Assembly: GCA_965237675.1 (NCBI GenBank)
Contig: OZ250150.1
Location: forward strand, 1,056,001-1,120,000
Source of the DNA: Candidatus Latescibacterota bacterium
Lineage (GTDB): Bacteria > Latescibacterota > UBA2968 > GCA-2709665
DNA length: 64,000 bases
Reading direction: 5' to 3'
The notes beneath the pieces are model-generated. The model did no database searches. It was not told the origin of the DNA and worked only from the letters and a program-made list of their open reading frames with translations. A program made the translations under genes and the position numbers. Positions 29,598 to 39,139 of the stretch are shown here, piece by piece; the stretch's first letter is position 1, and each line of letters begins with the position of its first letter.

Positions 29598-30398
29598 ATG
29601 GGAAATCGGCTGAAGGATAAGGTCGCGATCGTAACGGGGGCCGGTTCGGTCGGGCCCGGATGGGGTAACGGCAAGGCGGCGTCCGTTCTCTTTGCTCGAG
29701 AAGGCGCCCGTGTATTTGCCGTGGACATCACCTCGGAGGCGGCGGAGAAGACCCGTGACATTATCGCACGCGAGGGAGGGGAATGTACGGCCCACACGGC
29801 GGATGTGTCGCGGTCGGAAGACGTGGAAGGCATGGTCGCGCGATGCCTTCACACGTACGACCGTATTGATATTCTGCACAACAATGTCGGCATTCTGCAT
29901 GTGGGCGGTTGCGTTGAACTCAGCGAGAAAACCTGGGATCGCGTGGTCGACGTGAATCTCAAGAGCATGTTTCTGACCTGTAAGCACGTACTTCCACATA
30001 TGGAACGCCGGGGCGGAGGGGCGATCGTGAATATTTCTTCAATTGTCTCGATCCGCTGGCTGGGCGTGCCCTATGTTTCCTACAGCGCAACCAAGGGTGG
30101 GGTGAATCAACTCACCCAGAGTATTGCCATGCAGTATGCCATGAAGAATATCCGTGCGAACGCGATTTTGCCCGGATTTATGAACACGCCCATGGTTGAA
30201 AAATCACTGGCCGAATTCTACGCGCAAGGCGACGTGGAGACGATGATAGAAATTCGCGACAAACAATGCCCAATGGGCCGGATGGGCGATGCCTGGGACG
30301 TGGCCTACGCCGCTCTGTTTTTGGCATCGGACGAGGCAAAATACATCACCGGCGCCGAACTCGTCGTGGATGGTGGGCTGACGTGTAAGGTTGTGTAA
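29598..30398 (+). CDS. Short-chain dehydrogenase/reductase
   Basis: VTGAGS...GNG, NNVG, YSATK catalytic motif, ITGAELVVDGG. Confidence 0.95.
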   Translation: MGNRLKDKVAIVTGAGSVGPGWGNGKAASVLFAREGARVFAVDITSEAAEKTRDIIAREGGECTAHTADVSRSEDVEGMVARCLHTYDRIDILHNNVGILHVGGCVELSEKTWDRVVDVNLKSMFLTCKHVLPHMERRGGGAIVNISSIVSIRWLGVPYVSYSATKGGVNQLTQSIAMQYAMKNIRANAILPGFMNTPMVEKSLAEFYAQGDVETMIEIRDKQCPMGRMGDAWDVAYAALFLASDEAKYITGAELVVDGGLTCKVV

Positions 30399-30419
30399 CG
30401 CAGCACCGAAGAAGAGGGT

Positions 30420-32024
30420 ATGGCGGAGAAAAACAGCGTCCCGGAAGACCGTGGCGGAGACGCAGCGTCCCACCCGGCGACGCCCGACCGCACGGGCAAA
30501 GGCCGGATGTTGAAGACGTGTCTGTTCGCGACCGGGCTGGCGGGCATCGTCGCGGAATTCGTGCTGTCCACGGTGGCAAGCTATCTGCTGGGAAATACGA
30601 CATTGCAGTGGACGCTGGTGATGTCGTTGATGTTCTTCACGATGGGGTTGGGCAGCCGGCTGAGCCGGTACATGACGGAGCGGTTGCTGGACCGGTTTAT
30701 TGTGATCGAGTTCATACTTTCGGCGCTGTGCGCAACGTCCGCCGCAGCGGCCTATTGGAGTACGGCGTTCGTCGGGGAGGCGAGCGCCGTAATTTATGGT
30801 TACGCCGGATCGATCGGTTTCCTGATCGGGCTTGAGATTCCCCTCGTAACACGCATGAACGACGCCTATGAGGCGCTGCGTACCAATATTGCGTCGGTTA
30901 TGGAGAAGGACTACTACGGCGCACTGGCGGGTGGGTTGTTATTTGCATTTTTCGCGTTGCCGAAGCTGGGACTGACCTATACGCCCATTGCCCTGGGAAC
31001 GGTGAATTTCGCTGTTGCCTCCGCGTTGCTGTGGCGATATCGAGGGTTGCTGGCGCGCCCGGCGGCGCTGATCGCCGCGTTCTGGATCACCGCGGCGGGA
31101 CTGGTTGCGCTGGGCATCTATATGAAGCCGATTGTGCGTTTCGGCGAGCAGAGCCGGTATCGGGACCGGGTGATTTACGAGACGCAGACTCCCTACCAGC
31201 GGATCGTGATGACGGAATGGAAAGGGTATCACTGGTTATATCTGAACGGGGGATTGCAGTTCAGCACGTACGACGAAGAAAGGTACCACGAACCGCTCGT
31301 GCATCCGGCGATGGCACTGGCGTCATCCAGGGAACGGGTGCTGATTATGGGTGGGGGCGATGGACTGGCGCTGCGGGAAGTATTGAAATACGGCGACGTG
31401 AAACGGGTGACGCTGGTGGACCTGGATCCTGAAATGATCCGGCTGGCGCGAACCCATCCCGTATTCGTGGACGCGAATGCCGGGGCGTTGGAAGATAAAC
31501 GGGTGCGGGTGGTGAACCGGGACGCGGGTCGATTTCTGGCGGACGCCGAGGAGATTTACGACGTTATTCTCATTGATTTGCCGGACCCGAAGGGGCCGGA
31601 CCTCGCCCGATTGTATGCAAAGGAATTCTACTCGGCTTGCAGGCGGCATCTCTCCCAATATGGAATTCTCGTGACGCAGAGTTCAAGTCCTCTCCACGCC
31701 AGACGGGCGTTTCTGTGCGTGTACCAGACCCTGAAAGCGGCAGGATTCCACGTCGTGCCCTACCATAACGCGATTCCGACCATGGGAAATTGGGGATGGC
31801 ATCTGGGCATGAAGGCGGAGGTGATTTCCGAAACGGACTTGAAGCGGCGGGCACTCGCGTTGGATTTTTCAGACGTCGAAACGGTCTTCCTGAACCACGA
31901 GGCGATGGCGGGCATGTTGCATTTCTGGAAGGGGATGTTCGATGGCATATCCGACGTGGCGGTGAATACGGAATTGGCGCCGGTCGTGGATCGGTACTAC
32001 CGGGAGGGAGAGTGGGGCTGGTAA
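30420..32024 (+). CDS. speE: Membrane-domain-fused polyamine aminopropyltransferase (spermidine synthase-like)
   Basis: N-terminal TM domain (GLEIPL), QTPYQRIV, DEERYHEPLVHP, GGGDGLALRE, IDLPDP. Confidence 0.88.
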   Translation: MAEKNSVPEDRGGDAASHPATPDRTGKGRMLKTCLFATGLAGIVAEFVLSTVASYLLGNTTLQWTLVMSLMFFTMGLGSRLSRYMTERLLDRFIVIEFILSALCATSAAAAYWSTAFVGEASAVIYGYAGSIGFLIGLEIPLVTRMNDAYEALRTNIASVMEKDYYGALAGGLLFAFFALPKLGLTYTPIALGTVNFAVASALLWRYRGLLARPAALIAAFWITAAGLVALGIYMKPIVRFGEQSRYRDRVIYETQTPYQRIVMTEWKGYHWLYLNGGLQFSTYDEERYHEPLVHPAMALASSRERVLIMGGGDGLALREVLKYGDVKRVTLVDLDPEMIRLARTHPVFVDANAGALEDKRVRVVNRDAGRFLADAEEIYDVILIDLPDPKGPDLARLYAKEFYSACRRHLSQYGILVTQSSSPLHARRAFLCVYQTLKAAGFHVVPYHNAIPTMGNWGWHLGMKAEVISETDLKRRALALDFSDVETVFLNHEAMAGMLHFWKGMFDGISDVAVNTELAPVVDRYYREGEWGW

Positions 32025-32052
32025 ACGCGAATTTCGGTGAGAAGGGAGACAT

Positions 32053-32308
32053 GGGCGACGCATGCGTCGCCCCTACGATTGCAACGGCGGCGTGGTCATC
32101 TGATAGTTGTTTTCGCCAGGCCGTATCGCTAACCGGTTCAAGCTGATGGCTGATAGCTGACGGCTGTTTTTCCACTAACGAGGGCGACCGGCCGGTCGCC
32201 CCTACGAAAATCAGACATCCGTAAATTGATATCACAATGCCATATCGCTATCCGGTTCAAGCTGACAACTGATTGCTGATAGCTGTTTTTCCTGACTGCT
32301 GATAGCTT
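32053..32308 (-). repeat. Repeat mosaic (two GTAG REPs plus heptamer runs), inverted homolog of 9495-9660/11757-11950
   Basis: GGGCGACGCATGCGTCGCCCCTAC 32053-32076; AGGGCGACCGGCCGGTCGCCCCTAC 32181-32205; GCTGATN heptamers. Confidence 0.85.
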
Positions 32309-32335
32309 CTCGTATTTCCATAAAGGGTTCGTACA

Positions 32336-33007
32336 ATGGATTTCGACGAAATCAAGCACCGTCTCTCCCGCCTGGACACCGCGTGCGTCTGCGATGGATA
32401 TAAAGCGCTGGATAAACCCGTCAGGGCCGTCGACCCCGCAGTCCGGTCCATCACGCCCGGCCTCAGGCTGATCGGGCGCGCGCATACGGTGACCTGCCAC
32501 GAGGACTTTCTGACCGTGATCCTGGCCCTGCGGGATGCCGCACCCGGGGAGGTCCTGGTGATCGATTCTCAGGGGAGCCGGAAGGCGCTGACCGGGGAAC
32601 TGTTTCCAACCGAGGCGAGGCGTAAAGGGCTGGCGGGTATTGTCAACGACGGACCGTGCAGGGATACGGCCGCGATTCGCCAGTTGGGATTTCCCTATTA
32701 CGCCCGGTCGGTCAGCGCCGTCGCCGGCACAGCGGATAGGCACTTTGAGACGCAGGTTCCAGTCACATGCGGCGGGGTGCGCGTTCATCCGGGCGACATC
32801 GTATTTGGAGACGACGACGGATTGATCGTGACTACCCCCGGAGAGATCTCGGAGGTGATTCCCGTTGCGGAAGAAGTGCAGAGGAAAGAGGCGCGCATGC
32901 TTTCGGAAATGGAAAGTGGCGTGAGTCTGGTCGAGATGCTGAACCTCGACGTTCACTGCGCCAACATACGCGCCGGCCGGGAGAGCAAATTGCAGTTTCT
33001 GGTGTAA
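32336..33007 (+). CDS. RraA/HMG aldolase family protein
   Basis: GRAHTV, PGEVLVID, GEL, DGPCRD, VHPGDIVFGDDDG. Confidence 0.9.
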   Translation: MDFDEIKHRLSRLDTACVCDGYKALDKPVRAVDPAVRSITPGLRLIGRAHTVTCHEDFLTVILALRDAAPGEVLVIDSQGSRKALTGELFPTEARRKGLAGIVNDGPCRDTAAIRQLGFPYYARSVSAVAGTADRHFETQVPVTCGGVRVHPGDIVFGDDDGLIVTTPGEISEVIPVAEEVQRKEARMLSEMESGVSLVEMLNLDVHCANIRAGRESKLQFLV

Positions 33008-33026
33008 AAAGGTGAAGTGGAGAAGC

Positions 33027-33066
33027 AAAAAGGGATTACGACGACTGTCGTAATCCCTGTCTTTTT
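33027..33066. terminator. Bidirectional intrinsic terminator
   Basis: 12 bp perfect stem AGGGATTACGAC/GTCGTAATCCCT flanked by A- and T-rich tracts between convergent genes. Confidence 0.85.
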
Positions 33067-33082
33067 CTGAAAGTGGCAATGT

Positions 33083-33616
33083 CTATTCGGATGGCAGGAT
33101 GTCGCTGAATTGGTATTCCTCGACGATGTCGCCGATCGAGGCTTCGAAGTCGTCCTCGCCCCACTGTTCGATGGTCAGGATCCTTTGTTCGGAACCGTCC
33201 AGGTACTCCCAGACGATCAATTCCTGCGGGGGTTCTTCGCCGTTTTTGTAAAACTCGCCGGCGTCGGACGCCTCCGCGGAATACGTGATGCCGTCGCAGG
33301 CGACCTCTTCGGGCGGGTCTTCGTGTTCGACAATGTGGGATTTCAGGTCGCCGTCAATCTGAGAAATCGGTATCTTGCGGGAAAAGGTCCAGGAAAGGCC
33401 GTCATCTTCCTCACGCTCCAGGTACTTGACTTCATCGGCGCAGGTCAATTCCCATTCGTCCACGCGGTCTCCGTCGTAATCGTAATAATTCTGTGCGGTG
33501 ACTTTCCAGGTCTTGAGGTCATAGTCGACCACGTAACCGGGCTTGAGGTCGGACAGTGTGAAGTCGACCATGGGGTCGGATTCGGCCCTTTTTTTCTTGA
33601 AGGGATTCCAGTTCAT
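33083..33616 (-). CDS. DUF4178 domain protein
   Basis: LSDLKPGYVVDYDLKTWKV, YLEREEDD, WEYLD, LTIEQWGEDDFEASIG; downstream of pspA. Confidence 0.75.
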   Translation of the reverse strand: MNWNPFKKKRAESDPMVDFTLSDLKPGYVVDYDLKTWKVTAQNYYDYDGDRVDEWELTCADEVKYLEREEDDGLSWTFSRKIPISQIDGDLKSHIVEHEDPPEEVACDGITYSAEASDAGEFYKNGEEPPQELIVWEYLDGSEQRILTIEQWGEDDFEASIGDIVEEYQFSDILPSE

Positions 33617-33673
33617 GAGATCACCACCCCCGCACCAGGGACATGAATTCCCAGCCGCGACGAAGTGCCGGAT

Positions 33674-34375
33674 TTACGCTTGAATTCCCATTTTGCTTTT
33701 GAGTTCGGCCAGTTTGTCCGAGCCGGGATTCTTTTCATGGAGCGCGGCGTCTATCTCTTCGTCCACACTCTTGGAAGCGTCGGCCACCTCGCCATAGGCC
33801 TGCGACAGGGACTCGTCTTCTTCCACCCGCTCCTTCATGCGTTCGAGCATGGCAAGCGTGCCGTGAGAGTCCACCTTCGCGAGTTGCTTGTTGATTTTTT
33901 TTGTGGCCGCTGCCGTCCGTGCCCGGGCGCGCAGTGTAACCAGGTCGTTCTCGTACCCGGCAATGGAGGATTTGAGCTTGTCCACCTGGGTCTGTAGCTG
34001 AGCGGCCATTTCCTCCTGCTGCTTGGCGGTCTGGCTCAGCGTGGCGGCCCGGTTCACGTTTTCCTCTTTACGAGCGAGCGCTTCGGCGGCGAGGCGGTCG
34101 GCTTCGGCAGCGTCGATATCGTTATTCTGGGCTTTCTGGAGCAGAGCCATGGCTTTGCGTTCATAGTCTGCCGCGGCCTTCTTGTTGTCCGATGCCTGTT
34201 TTCGCAGCCGGATGCCCTGCCCCTTGACTTCGGCGAGACTGGTCATGGCGTTACTCAGATCGTTTTTGAGATCGCGGATGCCCTGTTCCGTCAGGCGAAT
34301 CGGATCCTCGAATTTGTCGATGGCAGAGTGAACTTCGGCTTTTCCCACACGAAAGATGCGTTGAAAGATGCCCAT
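33674..34375 (-). CDS. pspA: PspA/IM30 family protein
   Basis: MGIFQRIFRV..A...IDKFEDP...EQGIRDL; coiled coil; LAELKSKMG end. Confidence 0.92.
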   Translation of the reverse strand: MGIFQRIFRVGKAEVHSAIDKFEDPIRLTEQGIRDLKNDLSNAMTSLAEVKGQGIRLRKQASDNKKAAADYERKAMALLQKAQNNDIDAAEADRLAAEALARKEENVNRAATLSQTAKQQEEMAAQLQTQVDKLKSSIAGYENDLVTLRARARTAAATKKINKQLAKVDSHGTLAMLERMKERVEEDESLSQAYGEVADASKSVDEEIDAALHEKNPGSDKLAELKSKMGIQA

Positions 34376-34463
34376 GGCGTGCTCCTGTCTGATATGGAAT
34401 CCAGAGGCTGGAGATCGGATAACGTAACGGATTGCATCTCCGTGGGTTCGATCCCCGCGCTCA

Positions 34464-34859
34464 CTATTGTCTGCTGTAATTCAAGAGTTCCTCGGCGTTC
34501 TCGCCCAGGGCCAGGCCCAGGGCGTTGACGGTGCCTTCGATCTCCGCCCGGTCCAGCGTATCCAGGCGAAGGGTGTCACGGAACAGAACGGTTCCGGTCT
34601 CCTCATCGAGGGCGAAGGCGCCGTGGATGAGCGTGCGGTTCAGTTCCAGCAGCCGCTTGTAGAGGTCGCCGGGGTTCTTGGGGACAGGCATGACGGCCTG
34701 TTCAAGGATGAGAATGGGATCTTCGCAGTCGACAATAAGCCGGTGGATCCCCCTGTCTTCGTCGGTGACGACCACCAGTTCCTCACCGGAATCTTCTTCT
34801 TCAATGACCAGTTCCAGGTCCTGAAGAAATCCTTTGACGGTTTCAAAGTGCCGCGACAT
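34464..34859 (-). CDS. YbjN/CesT-like chaperone domain protein
   Basis: LYKRLLELNRTLIHGAFALDE...LFRDTLRLDTLD. Confidence 0.75.
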   Translation of the reverse strand: MSRHFETVKGFLQDLELVIEEEDSGEELVVVTDEDRGIHRLIVDCEDPILILEQAVMPVPKNPGDLYKRLLELNRTLIHGAFALDEETGTVLFRDTLRLDTLDRAEIEGTVNALGLALGENAEELLNYSRQ

Positions 34860-34957
34860 AAAAACTCCTTTGAAAATGCGCTGACAAGAGCTGACCGCTC
34901 GTTCGTGAATATATGATTCTCGAGGTTGTATTTTGTTTCAAAAAAAGCGTTGCTGTC

Positions 34958-35410
34958 TCATATATTGAGCAACTTCCCTACCCGGGCGGCGAGGAATTCG
35001 GGCGTCGTCGGTTTTTCCAGGATATGACCGCACGAGATACCGAGACCGGCAAGTTCCTCCAGGCACTCCGGACCGGGGGTCTCGATGAGAACCAGCAATG
35101 GAAGACGGGCGAGCATTTTCCGAATGAAACGAATGCAATCGGGCCCGCTGATTTCGGGTAGATCGTATGCGAGAATCGCGAGGGCATAAGCCCTGGGATT
35201 TTCGGCAAGGGTCTCCAGTGCGCTGCGTCCGTCGGTGACCACGTCCAGTTCGACGGTACGATGATCGAACAGACCGCCGGCGAGGGCCATGGCCGTCGGG
35301 CCGTCTTCCGCGAGCAGAATTCTGGGCAAACCGGGAACCGTTTCGATTTCGGGTTGACTCCGAGTCGAATATCCGGGTGACAAATATACGGAATTCGCTT
35401 GATGCGCCAA
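34958..35410 (-). CDS. Single-domain pseudo-receiver (CheY-like, phosphoacceptor Asp replaced)
   Basis: RILLAED, DGRSAL, LAILAYDLPEISG, LEKP. Confidence 0.65.
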   Translation of the reverse strand: MAHQANSVYLSPGYSTRSQPEIETVPGLPRILLAEDGPTAMALAGGLFDHRTVELDVVTDGRSALETLAENPRAYALAILAYDLPEISGPDCIRFIRKMLARLPLLVLIETPGPECLEELAGLGISCGHILEKPTTPEFLAARVGKLLNI

Positions 35411-35539
35411 GAATTATATTTTCCTGAACGGCATTGTCATCCGGCCGCACCCGCCGAAAGCAGGTCAACACGGAAAAACAGCGAATGATTGGGTTGTGCT
35501 CCGGGCCTGCGAGGTCATTTCCCTTTCTCTCTTTATCCT

Positions 35540-36200
35540 AATTATTCTTTTTCTCCGTCCTTTTTCTTGTACGCAAGAAAAAGGACCAAAAAGAACGGCG
35601 CCGTTCGGCACGGGGCCGGTTTTTCCGCGAATCACTTCACAGGAGATTGCCAGCGTCGTTGCCCTGCGGCCCATTGGAGCGATCCCGTACCACATTGCTG
35701 AACGGACTAGCGCGGAAAAACCCCCAACGCCACCACCGGTCGTGCGTGAGGTAGACCCACAAGGACCGCCGCGTGGATTTGCGGTTCTCGCTGGCTGCTG
35801 ACAGCTGATAGACGATAGCTTGTGGCTGCCGTTCCCGTCGCGTCTTCGTGGGAGGTCTTGCTTTCTGGCCGGAGGCAGCGAACCCCGGAGAAGTCGTCCT
35901 TTTGGACATTTTGAAAGCGACGAGACCTACCCTCTCTCCCCCTTCCTGAAGGAAGTGGGGAATTATAATTGGTTGAATACATTTCGATGGATGAATATAT
36001 CCAGGTGCAATATCTCGACGGGCCATCGCCCGGTTTTCCTCCCCCTTTCCTTTAGGAGAGGGGGCCGGGGGGAGAGGTTCCCGGGAATATCTGTAGGGGC
36101 AACCCTTGTGGTTGCCCTCCCAAAGGCGCGGATATTGCGAATTGCCATCACCGGGCCTTATCGCCAACCGGTTTTGGCTGAACGCTGACTGCTGATCGCT
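35540..36200. repeat. Repeat mosaic: structured repeat, heptamers, CCCCTCTCC palindromes, GTAG REP
   Basis: 35540-35752 ~ revcomp of 12105-12300; 35925-36082 ~ revcomp of 54463-54620; GTAGGGGCAACCCTTGTGGTTGCCC 36093-36117. Confidence 0.85.
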
Positions 36201-36306
36201 GTTGTTCCTGATCGCTAACCCATAGTTGTGTTTTGTTTCACGTATAGAGTCATTATATTTCAGTCGCCGCTCACGTTGCGGAGACCCACTCGTTCTCGAG
36301 GCATCG

Positions 36307-38043
36307 ATGCAAAAATACGCGATCTGGTCGCTCAGACACACGAGAGATTCCGAGTCTTGCCCGGATGGTTCCTCCGGATCCCTTGTGGATGTGGTTATGG
36401 CGAACCGCGATTTGACCGCCGAGGATATCTCGGATTCTCCTGGAAACCTTCAGGACCCGTTTTCCATGAAGGACATGGACCGCCTCACGGAGCGGATTGT
36501 GACGGCGGTTCGTTCGGGCGAACGCATCGTCGTATTTGGCGACTATGACGTGGACGGGGTGACGAGTACAGCCGTATTGATGGATTTACTGGAGAGGGTC
36601 GGAGCGGATGTCGTGTCCATCCTGCCGGACCGCCACCAGGACGGATACGGGATGAAGCCACCCGGCGTCAGGCGAGCGATCGAAGCGGGCGCGCGTCTGA
36701 TTGTGACGGCGGACAACGGCATTTCCTCGTTCGAGGCGGTTGAGGCGGCGAATGCAGCCGGCATCGACGTGTTGGTGACCGATCATCACCAGCCTCAGGA
36801 ACGGTTGCCTGACGCACTCGCGGTGGTCAATCCCAACCGCCCCGATTGCGGCTACGCGTTCAAGGGGCTCGCGGCCGTGGGTGTGGCATTCAAGGTTGTC
36901 CAGGCCCTGTCACAAACCCTGGTCGAGGCGTCGGAACGCAGGGCCTATCTGAATTCGTTGCTGGATCTGGTTGCACTGGGAACGGTTGCGGATGTCGCGC
37001 CGATGTTGGGCGAGAACCGGTTGCTGACTCGCCGGGGTATGCAGATTCTGGATCGGACGCAGCGTCCGGGGCTCCAGGCGTTGAAAGCGGTAGCCGGCGC
37101 CGATACGCGGCCCGTGGATACAACGGCGATCGGATACTTCCTGGGGCCGCGCATCAACAGTGCCGGGCGGCTGGCGTCCGCGGACCTGGCGCTGGACCTG
37201 CTGCGCACCTCGGAGGCGAACGAGGCGGCCCGCCTGGCGGAGCGGCTGAACGCGCTCAACCGACAGCGGCGAGAACTCGAGCTGGCAGGCGTAAAACAGG
37301 CGGTGGAGCAGGTGGAGTCGATGGGGCTGGGCCAAAACCGGATTCTGGTTGCGAAAGGCGAAAGCTGGCACCTGGGCGTGGTGGGGTTGATCGCGGGTCG
37401 ACTGGCGGAGCAGTATGGCAGGCCTGGCATCGCCTGTACCGAGGTTCGCGGGGACGGAAGTTTTACGGGGTCGGCGCGTTCCGCGGCAGGCTACAATATG
37501 GCGGAAGGGATTTTCCGCTGTGCCGATCTGCTGACCGAGTACGGCGGGCACGCTGATGCGGCCGGTTTTACCGGCCCGCTCGGGCATTATGAAGCGTTCA
37601 AAGCACGGCTGGAGGCAGATGCGGCGGATCGGGTCCTGGATGAGGATCTGAGAACCCGGCTGGAACTGGATGCCACGCTTCAGCCAATGGAGATTTCGCT
37701 GGAGACGGTCTCGGCGCTGTCTGCCCTGGCGCCGTTCGGTCGGGGAAATGAAGCGCCGCTGTTTATGGTGCAAGACTGTACGATTGAACGTGCGATTGCG
37801 GTTGGGAAAGGGGCCCACCTTAAAATGAATCTGGACACGGGGTCGTCCGCCGCCCGGGCGGACGGCTCAGCGCGGTCGAGCCCGCGGATATGTGACGCGG
37901 TCTGGTGGGGAAAGGGAGAATTGGCCGTCCGGCTTCGCCGTGGCGATCGCGTGGACGTGGCCTGCGCTCTTGAAGCCAACACCTGGAACGGCCGGACTCA
38001 GGTGCAGCTTGTATTGGAAGATATGCGCCCCGCAGAGGAATAA
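36307..38043 (+). CDS. recJ: Single-stranded-DNA-specific exonuclease RecJ
   Basis: GDYDVDG, TADNG, TDHH, LGTVADV, GPRINSAGRL, GSARS, GGHADAAG, PFGRGN. Confidence 0.97.
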   Translation: MQKYAIWSLRHTRDSESCPDGSSGSLVDVVMANRDLTAEDISDSPGNLQDPFSMKDMDRLTERIVTAVRSGERIVVFGDYDVDGVTSTAVLMDLLERVGADVVSILPDRHQDGYGMKPPGVRRAIEAGARLIVTADNGISSFEAVEAANAAGIDVLVTDHHQPQERLPDALAVVNPNRPDCGYAFKGLAAVGVAFKVVQALSQTLVEASERRAYLNSLLDLVALGTVADVAPMLGENRLLTRRGMQILDRTQRPGLQALKAVAGADTRPVDTTAIGYFLGPRINSAGRLASADLALDLLRTSEANEAARLAERLNALNRQRRELELAGVKQAVEQVESMGLGQNRILVAKGESWHLGVVGLIAGRLAEQYGRPGIACTEVRGDGSFTGSARSAAGYNMAEGIFRCADLLTEYGGHADAAGFTGPLGHYEAFKARLEADAADRVLDEDLRTRLELDATLQPMEISLETVSALSALAPFGRGNEAPLFMVQDCTIERAIAVGKGAHLKMNLDTGSSAARADGSARSSPRICDAVWWGKGELAVRLRRGDRVDVACALEANTWNGRTQVQLVLEDMRPAEE

Positions 38044-38083
38044 GAGGGATTCCTGCACACGGAACCCATTTCAAGGCGGTTTC

Positions 38084-39082
38084 TCACTTCATAACCGGAA
38101 CTTCGACTCGCTTCCCGGTCCGGGCGGATTCGTGGGCAGCCGCGGCCACGGCGACCACCCGCCGTCCGTCCCTACCGTCGGATTTTGGCGCTTCGCCCCT
38201 TTGAATACAACCGATGAAGTGAGCGATCTCGTCTGTCATGCCGTTGTTCGAGGGCACCTCTATAGCGGTGGACTTCTCGCCGTGCCGGGCGAATAAGATA
38301 GGCCCTTCCGAGACGTTGAGCTTGAGCGCGCCTCCTGTTCCGGCAACGCCGAGTTCGTAGCTGTTAACCGGGTAGACGCGGCTGCTGCTTAAAGAGCCGA
38401 TGGCGCCCGAGGCGAATTCGATGCCGATGAAGATGCTTTCTTCGATTTCGTTCGCCGGGTCCTCTCCATATCTCATGACAGCATTGACGGCACGGATTTC
38501 ACCGGCAAGCCAGGCGAGTTGGTCCAGTTCGTGGCTGTACATGGAAAACATACCGCCGTACTGTTCCTTCCGCGTCTGCCATCCGCCGACGCCGCCCGGC
38601 GCGGCGGTGCCCAGACGTACGGCATGCGCGAGGGTAATTTCACCGACGTCTCCCCTGTCCACCCGGCGTTTGAGTTCCTGATAAGCGGCCTGAAACCGGC
38701 GGACATAGCCGATCATCAGGAATACGTTGGACTGTTCGGCGGCGCGGATCATCGTATCGCAATCTTCAACGGTAAGCGCCATTGGTTTTTCGCAGAACAC
38801 ATGGGCGCCCGCCAGCGCCGCGTCTGTACTGATGCGGCTGTGCGTGTGGTTGGGCGTCACAACCAGCACGGCGTCCGGTTTCTCGGCAGCCAGCATGGCG
38901 CGATGATCGGCGTAGGGCATCGGGCTGGAATCCAGTTGCGATGCAAGCTGCGCGGCGGATTCCGATACCACGTCGCAGACGGCGACAAGCCGCGCGCCCT
39001 CCATCGCTTCTATGTTTCTGGCGTGGGCGCGGCCCAACCCGCCACATCCCGCGAGCGCGACTTTTAGAGGTTCTTCAGGCAT
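38084..39082 (-). CDS. Gfo/Idh/MocA family oxidoreductase
   Basis: GCGGLG, TPNHTH, HVFCEKPMA. Confidence 0.93.
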   Translation of the reverse strand: MPEEPLKVALAGCGGLGRAHARNIEAMEGARLVAVCDVVSESAAQLASQLDSSPMPYADHRAMLAAEKPDAVLVVTPNHTHSRISTDAALAGAHVFCEKPMALTVEDCDTMIRAAEQSNVFLMIGYVRRFQAAYQELKRRVDRGDVGEITLAHAVRLGTAAPGGVGGWQTRKEQYGGMFSMYSHELDQLAWLAGEIRAVNAVMRYGEDPANEIEESIFIGIEFASGAIGSLSSSRVYPVNSYELGVAGTGGALKLNVSEGPILFARHGEKSTAIEVPSNNGMTDEIAHFIGCIQRGEAPKSDGRDGRRVVAVAAAAHESARTGKRVEVPVMK

Positions 39083-39139
39083 TGTTGGCTCACGATTGGC
39101 TCGAAACAGTTGGAATTGGTTCGCCGCGGCGGCGGTTTC

